Positions 1 through 7,204 of a stretch of DNA of 64,000 nt are shown here, piece after piece. Origin of the DNA: Myxococcaceae bacterium (GTDB lineage Bacteria > Myxococcota > UBA727 > JABDBI01); contig JAECQY010000001.1 of the NCBI GenBank assembly GCA_016000045.1, positions 169,194 to 233,193 on the forward strand, read 5' to 3'. Position 1 is the first letter of the stretch. Each line of letters opens with the position of its first letter. The notes under the pieces were generated by a model. It made no database searches. It was not told the DNA's origin and worked only from the letters and a program-made list of their open reading frames with translations. Both the position numbers and the translations under genes were made by a program.

Positions 1-504
1 CCCAACACATTCATCTCTCCTATCCCAACAAAGAAGTTTCCGAGACCCTGTTGGAATTTGGCTCCTCTCCTGACAGGCAAAGACTCTATAGCTCCTTGGC
101 AAATACTGGCTGAAGATCTGAAAGGCGCTTTGAGCGCCAACAACTTGGATGATTTTTGTTCTCGCCTCAAACCTTTCTTTGCCGATATCCCCTACGATTT
201 GCCTATTCCCTTAGAACGCTATTACCAAACTGTGTTCTACATGCTGCTCAAATTTATGGGAGCCGAGATTATGACCGAAGAAAGAACCAATATGGGTCGA
301 ATCGACGCGGTTCTCCAGACGCCTACGCACACCTACGTGGTGGAGCTCAAAATGGGCCGATCTGCTCAGGAAGCCTTGCAGCAAATCCGGCAAAAACAAT
401 ACGCTCAAAAATACCAACTCTCAGGCAAATTGGTTACGGCATTAGGGCTAGCATTCGATCCACAAACTAAAAACATTGTAGATCAAGCCTGGCAAGTGCT
501 GTAG
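1..504 (+). CDS. C-terminal fragment (5' end outside the window) of an AAA-ATPase-like family protein; PD-(D/E)XK nuclease domain (PDDEXK_9-like)
   Basis: The reading frame is open from base 1. Motif GRIDAVLQTPTHTYVVELK fits the D...ExK core of PD-(D/E)XK nucleases. Two other members of the same family lie at 23.5-26.7 kb. Confidence 0.6.
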   Translation, partial: PNTFISPIPTKKFPRPCWNLAPLLTGKDSIAPWQILAEDLKGALSANNLDDFCSRLKPFFADIPYDLPIPLERYYQTVFYMLLKFMGAEIMTEERTNMGRIDAVLQTPTHTYVVELKMGRSAQEALQQIRQKQYAQKYQLSGKLVTALGLAFDPQTKNIVDQAWQVL

Positions 505-595
505 CGATTGGCGAAATCGGATGTTTCTGGATGGATCTCCCCTCTCCTGTTGGGAGAGGGTTCCTCGTATGAGAACAGCCCTCCTCGACGTTATC

Positions 596-1094
596 CAGCG
601 GCGCGTCTATTGCAACAGAAGCAGGCATCTGATTTCTTGAAACATACGACTTGGCGATTGCTGTATTTCAGACGACCCCGTGAGGGGTTCAGGTGCCACA
701 GCCCAGCCAGAGGAGGTTGCTGAAAGCAACAGACGCTGGGCTGGGTTGTTGGGGTTATTGGGATTATTTGGATTATGGGTTATCTAGGCCATTTAGGTTA
801 TCCCGACATTTGTTGGCTCGACCACATAGAGAATATGCTCACAAAGGGAGTTGTGATAAAAGCCACGATTGTTTGGACCGATTGGGTGAATCCATCCGAT
901 TGTCTGAATGAATTCGGTTGGTGAGTCCATCCGGTTGTTTCAACCCAGCCCAGCGTCTGTTGCTTTCAGCAACCTCCTCTGGCTGGGCTGTGGCACCTGA
1001 ACCCCTCACGGGGTTGTCTGAAATACAGCGATCGCCAAGTCGTATGTTTCAAGAAATCAGATGCCTGCTCCTGTTGGGAGAGACGCGCTGGGTG
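596..1094. repeat. Large imperfect inverted repeat. Core arms 621-745 and 944-1068 differ at about 2 of 125 positions; a ~197-bp spacer lies between them, with nested hairpins and short direct repeats.
   Basis: The reverse complement of 944-1068 is near-identical to 621-745. The spacer carries direct repeats ggtgaatccatccgattgt and ggtgagtccatccggttgt. There is no transposase ORF; the small ORFs 508-1133 are judged spurious. Confidence 0.7.
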
Positions 1095-1195
1095 ATTTCG
1101 CGATTGCCCTGCGCAAGATACCGGCCCTCTTGAATCCTTGTGAATACGTCGGTACATACCACAAGTCTCAAAATTTATACTGTTTGGAATCGAAA

Positions 1196-2656
1196 ATGAA
1201 ATTATTTCTTTGGGCAATAGTCGGAGTGAGTTGTTTGGGTAGGGCTGAGCCGAAGCCTAATTTTCCCTGTGATTTGCCAATGCTTCGATTCTCCCTTTCA
1301 TCTGTTTCGGAGCAAGCACTCCCAGAACCTGCGATTCCAGCGGTGGTGACCACGGTGACGCAAAATGGGGGTGCTGTATCTTCCGTTGTGAGCGCGATCA
1401 CGGCGGTTGGCCCGACTCAAGTTGCTCAGACGGCTCGCTCTGGATTAAGCCTGGATTTACTCGCTTGCGACGACGGCCTGCCCATGCAGGAAGGTCCGCT
1501 GGATTGGGCAGATAGCCCCACCCAGCTATCTTTGGGTGAGGGTTCGCTTCAGTACCATACTGGAGCTGTTCTGGGGAACTGGGTTTTGATGGTGGGAGCG
1601 GTGGGCGTATGGAGTGGGGTTGCTTACAAGCTAGGTCCTGAGGCGGCGCAGTTTCCCGGGAGTTTGATACTGCCGGCCCTGCTTTTGATAGTTCCCACCG
1701 TGACTTCTTCGTTCACGCTGGCGCGAGATGGGGACAAGTCTTTACAAACAGCCGGCTCGGTCTCGATCCTGGTATCGCTGGCCAGCATCGCTGCGGTTGG
1801 CGTCAAGGTATGCCCTCGGTTTTTTAAGGCGCGCTGGGAAGACTATGAGCATGAATGGGTCGATTTATCCAACGCGCAAAGAGGTTGGGTGGCACGGTAC
1901 GGCGAGTTGTTTGATACCTACGCCGCGGGCCGACAAGGCTATATCGTGGTTGAATTGTTGACTTCGGTAGGCGTGGGGACTCTTAAATCGTATCAGATTT
2001 TAGAACAAAACTGCCAGGAGTTGTTATGGGCAGGCATGGTTGTTTACGATGCTTATGCCATTTCGCAATTGGCTTTGCGTCCCAATCGCAATCGTCATGC
2101 TCAAATTTTTTACAGCGCCATCGCGACACTTCAAGCGACAGCCCTGACCTTGCAAGCCATTGTTTCCGTCTCCGCTTCCGAAGAAACACAAAGCAAAGTG
2201 AAAACCGTGACTCAATCGGTCGTGGTGGTGACAGAGTATATGATGATGATTAAGACCTTGTTTGACATGGGTTTGCGCGTCAAGAGTTGGTACGATCGAT
2301 ACTACCGGCTCCATTCGGTTTCACTTCCGAAGCAGTCTGCTGGGTTGTCCACCCCGCAGCAAAATACGCCGTTGGAGGAGATGCTATCGGTTGCTTTCGT
2401 ACCGCCTTCGCAAGATACGTTGGTGGGTGAAATGCTACCCCTTGCTTGTGTACCGCTTTCGCTGGACTCCTTGGAGCCTATTGTTCCAGAGGCTTTGTCT
2501 CCGAGCGCATCGGTGTCGGGCGAAGAAAATTTGAAAGCGACTTTAGTCAGCGACTTTGGTTTCTTGGTCGAACAGAGCTCTTCAGTGGCTCCTGTGCCCA
2601 AAAGTTTAAATGAGGTCATTGCCGAACTGATGCAACAGGAGAGTGATCTTGAATAA
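1196..2656 (+). CDS. Hypothetical membrane/secreted protein with N-terminal signal peptide and TM segments; Pro/Ser-rich C-terminus containing a ~45-bp internal tandem duplication
   Basis: Long ORF with signal-like start MKLFLWAIVGVSCLG. Hydrophobic segments are present. No family recognised. Its end overlaps the start of the downstream DUF1566 gene. Confidence 0.4.
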   Translation: MKLFLWAIVGVSCLGRAEPKPNFPCDLPMLRFSLSSVSEQALPEPAIPAVVTTVTQNGGAVSSVVSAITAVGPTQVAQTARSGLSLDLLACDDGLPMQEGPLDWADSPTQLSLGEGSLQYHTGAVLGNWVLMVGAVGVWSGVAYKLGPEAAQFPGSLILPALLLIVPTVTSSFTLARDGDKSLQTAGSVSILVSLASIAAVGVKVCPRFFKARWEDYEHEWVDLSNAQRGWVARYGELFDTYAAGRQGYIVVELLTSVGVGTLKSYQILEQNCQELLWAGMVVYDAYAISQLALRPNRNRHAQIFYSAIATLQATALTLQAIVSVSASEETQSKVKTVTQSVVVVTEYMMMIKTLFDMGLRVKSWYDRYYRLHSVSLPKQSAGLSTPQQNTPLEEMLSVAFVPPSQDTLVGEMLPLACVPLSLDSLEPIVPEALSPSASVSGEENLKATLVSDFGFLVEQSSSVAPVPKSLNEVIAELMQQESDLE

Positions 2657-4046
2657 ACAATGGCTGTTTTGTTTGTTGTGGTTGTCCCGTTTTGGGTTGG
2701 CTGGATATTTCAATGTGAGCGAAGTGCAGGACTCCATGGCGAATGAAGCGCTTTTTCAGCTGATTTCGAATCAGACCTGGACTGTGAACCAACAACAAGC
2801 ATTGATGTCGACGGGTCTTCGCGCTCTATTTCAATCGGTTTCGCCGCAAATCAAGTCGATGCCCGATTACACCGGGCAGTTTGTCGCAAATTGTTCGATT
2901 TTTCTGAATCTGCGCATCGAAGGAGTCGCTTGTGACGTGACGTCGGTCTCGACAGCGATGAAGCCGAGCGGTTATGATTTGAACTCGGCCCTTCGCTTGC
3001 CTCTGGAATACGCGACGCAGATCACACAAAGCGACATCATCTTGGTCAATCTTTACGCGGATTGGAGAGGTAAGACGACGGCTTACTCGGAGCAATATAC
3101 GCTTGGTCCATTTGCTCGAATGCGAACTTGTACGTCAACGCTCAGCGTGACGGATTCACCCGAAACCCCAAGCGGTTTGCTGAGTTCGAGTGAGAGCCTC
3201 GAAGAGTCTCAAACAGCCGCCCCGAGTGTGTCCAAACCCTTCAGTCTTAGTCCCAATGTTCTGGTTTCGGATTCTCACAGCATGAGTTCTACGAGTTCTG
3301 GCAGTAGTGCGTCGGTATCACTTTTGGTTTCTTCAAGCGCGAGTTCATCCGGCTGGTTCAGCGAGTCCAAAAGCCTGACCGAAGCCTTATCACTCAGCCA
3401 GAGTTCAAGTATTCAGGTTTCGGACTCTCGCAGCATGAGTTCTACGAGTTCTGGCAGCAGTGTATCAGCATCGCTTTGGGTTTCTTCAAGCGCGAGTTCG
3501 TCGGGTTGGTTCAGCGAGTCTCAAAGCTTGAGCGAAGCCTTATCACCGAGCCAAAGCTTCAGCAAAATCCTTTCGGGGACTTGTAGTCCGAGTGTGTGGG
3601 GCAGTTGCTTGGGCAATTCTACGGGTTTGGCTTATATTTGGTCTGGTAGTGCCATTTATTCAAACCCAACCAATCAAGCATCGCGTTATACGACCCCTGC
3701 GTCCGGGGTTGTAGGAGATAGTTTAACCGGTTTGCAGTGGGAGCAAGCCGCAAGTAGTAGCACGATGACTTGGAGTGCAGCAGGGACCTATTGTGCGGGC
3801 CGTACGACGGGTGGATTGAGCGGCTGGCGTTTGCCAAACGTGGATGAGCTTCAAACTTTAGTGGACTACACCACCTCCAGCCCAAGTATTAACTCGGCCG
3901 CATTTCCCAGTACACCGAGTAACTATTTTTGGACCTCGACCCTCTACCAACCGAACCCAACTTCCGCGTGGCTCGTCTATTTCTTTCGTGGCGACGTCGG
4001 CTTCAGTGATATGAGCAATAATGGCTTTGTCCGTTGCGCGCGTTGA
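2643..4046 (+). CDS. Secreted DUF1566 (Lcl C-terminal domain, C-type-lectin-like fold) protein with Ser-rich linker; candidate DGR variable protein 1
   Basis: C-terminal domain carries the WRLP..EL motif and the ...FWTST...VRCAR terminus typical of DUF1566. An N-terminal module is shared with the ORFs at 52139 and 54905. The gene lies 27 bp upstream of a DGR-type RT. Confidence 0.7.
   Translation: MILNKQWLFCLLWLSRFGLAGYFNVSEVQDSMANEALFQLISNQTWTVNQQQALMSTGLRALFQSVSPQIKSMPDYTGQFVANCSIFLNLRIEGVACDVTSVSTAMKPSGYDLNSALRLPLEYATQITQSDIILVNLYADWRGKTTAYSEQYTLGPFARMRTCTSTLSVTDSPETPSGLLSSSESLEESQTAAPSVSKPFSLSPNVLVSDSHSMSSTSSGSSASVSLLVSSSASSSGWFSESKSLTEALSLSQSSSIQVSDSRSMSSTSSGSSVSASLWVSSSASSSGWFSESQSLSEALSPSQSFSKILSGTCSPSVWGSCLGNSTGLAYIWSGSAIYSNPTNQASRYTTPASGVVGDSLTGLQWEQAASSSTMTWSAAGTYCAGRTTGGLSGWRLPNVDELQTLVDYTTSSPSINSAAFPSTPSNYFWTSTLYQPNPTSAWLVYFFRGDVGFSDMSNNGFVRCAR
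3264..3570 (+). repeat. Tandem duplication, 2 x 153 bp (51 aa), encoding a Ser-rich linker inside the DUF1566 gene
   Basis: Two near-identical units start with gtttcggaytctcrcagcatgagttctacgagttctggcag. In protein they read SMSSTSSGSS...SSSGWFSES. Confidence 0.75.
3921..4046 (+). other. Candidate DGR variable region VR-A (3' end of the DUF1566 gene)
   Basis: Compared with the paralogous segment 5951-6076, differences fall in codon positions 1-2 with the third base kept in 15 of 18 differing codons. Upstream of the block, differences between the two genes are ordinary synonymous drift. Confidence 0.55.
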
Positions 4047-4073
4047 GGATGGGAGAATGAACAGGATGGGACT

Positions 4074-5621
4074 GTGAAAAAAGGTTGGCCAACTTGGGAA
4101 AGCGTCGATCGAGCTGCGGCTGCTTGCGCCAAGCGCAAGCGAAGCAGACCCGATGCGATTGTTTTTCGGGCCCGCTACACAGAAGAGGTGCTGGACTTGT
4201 GCCAGCGCATTCGATCGGGAGAATACCGGCCCTCCTCGGGGACGGTTTTCGTGACCGATCGCCCAAAGACTCGTGAAATACACGCCTCTCATTATCGAGA
4301 TCGAGTGGTTCACCACCTGCTCCATGACCTGATTGAACCGCACTTTGAACAATCGTTTATTAAAGATTCGTACGCTTGTCGTAAAGGCAAAGGTTCTCAT
4401 GCTGCGGTAGAAGCCTTGCAAAAACACATGCAGCGAGCGACCTGTTATGGCAAAATACGTGCTTATGCCCTGCATCTCGATATTAGAAGTTTTTTCTTCT
4501 CCATTCATAAACCCACCTTGCTGGCTATTTTGGAGTCGAAGCAATGGTTTCGTGAGCAGGCGGAATTGCGGCATTTGACCACTTTGGTGATCAATCACCC
4601 CACTGCGCTGCATGCGAAGCCCTTGGGGCCACCAAGCTCGTTTGAACGAATTCCTCCGTTGAAGCGGCTTGGAGCTTTGGGGGAGGATCGAGGACTCCCC
4701 ATCGGCAATCTGACCAGCCAGTTGTTTGCGAATATCTACTTGGATGTCTTGGACCAGATGATCAAGCGTACTTTAGGGGCTCAATATTACGTCCGGTATT
4801 CAGATGATCTGGTCTTGTTGCACCGCGATGCGGATCAGCTCGCGAGCTGGAAGCAACAAATCATCGAGTTTTTGCAGCAAAGGCTAAAACTGGAGACGCA
4901 TGAGAAAGCGCCAATTCATCCGGTGAGCGAAGGTGTCGATTTTGTCGGGTATGTCATTCGTCCTGCTTACAAATTGTGCCGTGCACGCGTGATTCGGCAC
5001 GCTCACCAACGTATTACCGAGCTCGAAAAACCGCTACACCCTGAAGAACGAGAAGGTTATCAGTTCTGGCGAGTACGTCACAAGGACATCGAGGCTTTGC
5101 GTGCTTGTTGGGCAAGTTATGCGGGTCATTTGAAACATGCCAGTGCTTATCGAGTGGCTCAAAAGTTGCTCAAGCGGCACCCTATCTCTCAATTCTATTT
5201 GCGCTTTGAGATTGCGAAGCATGGAATTTCTGTGGCTCGGCGATTTGCTTTGCCTAAGATTGAGTCTTGTTGGAATCACCAAATCCATTCGTTGCATCAG
5301 AGCGTCTCGAAACCAGCGCTCCGATCGGCAGAGGGTTCTGCGGTGTTGTTGGTTCAAGTGGGTCGTTATGCCGAGTGTCCTTTGCAGAAGGATGCAGAGC
5401 GTTTGGAACTTCGTCGGGGCTTACCGTGGCGTCGCTTGCCTGAGATCATCGACCGAGCGGTTCAAAAGGGTCTGAAAGTGGCAGTGGCTGTTGAGTTTAA
5501 AAAATGCACAGGGCGTATTAGAGCTCGTTATTTGGCGTACTGGGTAGAACCCGTGGCGCGGCCGGTACTGCTTTCTGAAGGTTCTCCCAAGGCTGTGCAG
5601 TTGGAATTCGGGTTTTCATGA
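4074..5621 (+). CDS. Reverse transcriptase, diversity-generating retroelement (DGR) type
   Basis: RT motifs are present in order: RPKTREI, RDRVVHHLL, YACRKGKGSHAAV, LHLDIRSFF, LPIGNLTSQLFANIYLD (the IGxxxSQ substitution typical of DGR RTs), YVRYSDDLVLL and GVDFVGYVI. There is a ~200-aa C-terminal extension. The stop overlaps the next start (ATGA). Confidence 0.85.
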   Translation: MKKGWPTWESVDRAAAACAKRKRSRPDAIVFRARYTEEVLDLCQRIRSGEYRPSSGTVFVTDRPKTREIHASHYRDRVVHHLLHDLIEPHFEQSFIKDSYACRKGKGSHAAVEALQKHMQRATCYGKIRAYALHLDIRSFFFSIHKPTLLAILESKQWFREQAELRHLTTLVINHPTALHAKPLGPPSSFERIPPLKRLGALGEDRGLPIGNLTSQLFANIYLDVLDQMIKRTLGAQYYVRYSDDLVLLHRDADQLASWKQQIIEFLQQRLKLETHEKAPIHPVSEGVDFVGYVIRPAYKLCRARVIRHAHQRITELEKPLHPEEREGYQFWRVRHKDIEALRACWASYAGHLKHASAYRVAQKLLKRHPISQFYLRFEIAKHGISVARRFALPKIESCWNHQIHSLHQSVSKPALRSAEGSAVLLVQVGRYAECPLQKDAERLELRRGLPWRRLPEIIDRAVQKGLKVAVAVEFKKCTGRIRARYLAYWVEPVARPVLLSEGSPKAVQLEFGFS

Positions 5622-6076
5622 AATTTGCACTAGGTTGCCGAATCGCTTTACTCTTGAATATTGGCTTGCTCGCTTGGCCCTTGCTGGCCATTTGTCGTTA
5701 TACCAATGAAAATGGAGCAGCTCTGACCCCGAGTGATCAGACCGTTCGAGACAGCGTGACAGGGCTAGTCTGGCAAAGAACTCAAGCTGCTTCGACCATG
5801 TCTCAAACGTCTGCAGCCAGTTACTGCGCGTCTTTGAATCTCAATGGCTTTTCATTCCGTTTACCGACGGTTCGTGAATTGTCCAGCCTCGTGGACTTCA
5901 ATACCTCCAGTCCCAGCATTGACTCAACGGCTTTTCCGGGAACCTCTTCTAACTATTTTTGGACCTCGACTACTTACCAACCGATCCCAACTTACGCGTG
6001 GGTCGTCGATTTCTATGGTGGCTTCGTCGACTTCAATGCTATGGGCGGTGATAACTCTGTCCGTTGCGCGCGCTGA
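5618..6076 (+). CDS. Small secreted/lipoprotein-like protein consisting of a single DUF1566 domain; candidate DGR variable protein 2
   Basis: Signal peptide MKFALGCRIALLLNIGLLAWPLLAIC, then a DUF1566 domain (FRLPTVRELSSL...FWTST...VRCAR). The start is translationally coupled to the RT stop. Confidence 0.65.
   Translation: MKFALGCRIALLLNIGLLAWPLLAICRYTNENGAALTPSDQTVRDSVTGLVWQRTQAASTMSQTSAASYCASLNLNGFSFRLPTVRELSSLVDFNTSSPSIDSTAFPGTSSNYFWTSTTYQPIPTYAWVVDFYGGFVDFNAMGGDNSVRCAR
5951..6076 (+). other. Candidate DGR variable region VR-B
   Basis: See VR-A. It shares the invariant flanks aactatttttggacctcgac and gtccgttgcgcgcgYtgaggatggga. Confidence 0.5.
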
Positions 6077-6185
6077 GGATGGGATGTTGACCCTTTGCCT
6101 CTTCGACCTTTTAAAAAGGAAACGGAAGACAAGGGGGGCGAGACAAGCTCATGATGGACGATACTCTCTGCCAATCGCTTGTCGT

Positions 6186-7142
6186 TTAAGGCAATTGAGC
6201 CGGGTCAATTAATCCAGCTTCGAGCTGCTCAATTTGCTCTCGCGGTAACTCGGTGGCGGTTGCGATAACAGACTTATCGAGCCCCAACTTTAAGAGTTTC
6301 ACCGCTGTTTCTACCTTGGCCTCTGCTTTGCCTTTCTCCAATCCGATAGCTTTGCCTCTTTCGAGTCCGACGGCCTCTCCTTCTGCTTGCCCCTGCGCCC
6401 GTCCTTTTGCTTCAGCGCAGAGATAGTAGTCTTGTTCTGAGACGCTTTGTTTGAGGTAGCGCCAATACTCGTTGCGTTCGGCATCGGTCATCTTGAGGAC
6501 TTGAAGGCGTTCAGCCACTTTGTCCATGCCTTTGGACTGAAAGTCTGCTCGGATTTGTTCGTTTTTGGCCATGTAAAGCCACTCATCGATTTCGCTTTGC
6601 ACTTCATCGTTAAATTTTGGAATGCAAATGAAAAAATATTCTGGAAACACATTGTAGATATCCAAGTTTTTCGAAGCGCGAGTGGACAGATGCAGCGATA
6701 CCGGGTTTTGGGTGTCTATTTCATGAATAATCGTTTGCCCAAAGGCCAAGGCGTGGTTCATCTGAGGGACTTCAAAATACAACAAGCTGATGTGAAAGAC
6801 TTTCTTAATCTGGGTAAAATCTTGACCTAACTCGAGACTGTCGATGATTCTGCGGGAAGTGTTAAAACAGGCTTTATGAGCAAAGTGGGTGGTATAAGAA
6901 CGTTCAATCTCAACCATGTATTTGACACCATTGGCGTCTTCTACCACCAAGTCTGCGATGCTTCGTTTTTGATTTTTGGCTTCTTTCTGGCTTTCTGGAT
7001 CGATTAAGGCCTTAATCTTAACGGGTGGGTAACCCTCGGTGGCTAAAAGAGCGGATAAGAAACTTTCAATAATGTCATAATCGGCCTGGTTTTTGAGCAG
7101 GTACTTAATGGCATAATCGAAACTGACTAAGGGCTTCTCCAT
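6186..7142 (-). CDS. Rpn/PDDEXK_2-family PD-(D/E)XK nuclease (recombination-promoting nuclease / putative transposase family)
   Basis: Motif DLVVEDANGVKYMVEIE fits the nuclease core. The C-terminal charged repeat region (AEAKGRAQGQAEGEA...) is typical of this family. Confidence 0.55.
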   Translation of the reverse strand: MEKPLVSFDYAIKYLLKNQADYDIIESFLSALLATEGYPPVKIKALIDPESQKEAKNQKRSIADLVVEDANGVKYMVEIERSYTTHFAHKACFNTSRRIIDSLELGQDFTQIKKVFHISLLYFEVPQMNHALAFGQTIIHEIDTQNPVSLHLSTRASKNLDIYNVFPEYFFICIPKFNDEVQSEIDEWLYMAKNEQIRADFQSKGMDKVAERLQVLKMTDAERNEYWRYLKQSVSEQDYYLCAEAKGRAQGQAEGEAVGLERGKAIGLEKGKAEAKVETAVKLLKLGLDKSVIATATELPREQIEQLEAGLIDPAQLP

Positions 7143-7204
7143 AGGTACTGTATAGCATATTCCGGGATTGAACTCAAGATGAGGAGCTTTTGTGAAACCC
7201 AGGC

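Noticed and set aside
508-1217. Small ORFs (508-723, 693-911, 918-1133, 966-1217 minus) inside the inverted-repeat element
   Set aside because: They are mirror images created by the inverted repeat, low-complexity, and lack ribosome-binding sites. Treated as non-coding.
3858-4613. 251-aa minus-strand ORF overlapping the DGR target and RT
   Set aside because: It is antisense to two well-supported genes, with no homology signal.
4074-5621. Considered retron, Abi or group II intron RT assignments
   Set aside because: The IGxxxSQ motif and flanking C-type-lectin-like targets fit a DGR. No intron RNA domains, maturase/endonuclease domain or retron msr/msd-like structure is evident upstream.
5618-6076. 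Considered that this short DUF1566 ORF is the DGR template repeat rather than a gene
   Set aside because: Its mismatches to VR-A are not restricted to positions where it carries A. It is not AAY-rich and it has an intact signal peptide and start coupled to the RT stop. It behaves like a second VR-bearing target, not a TR.
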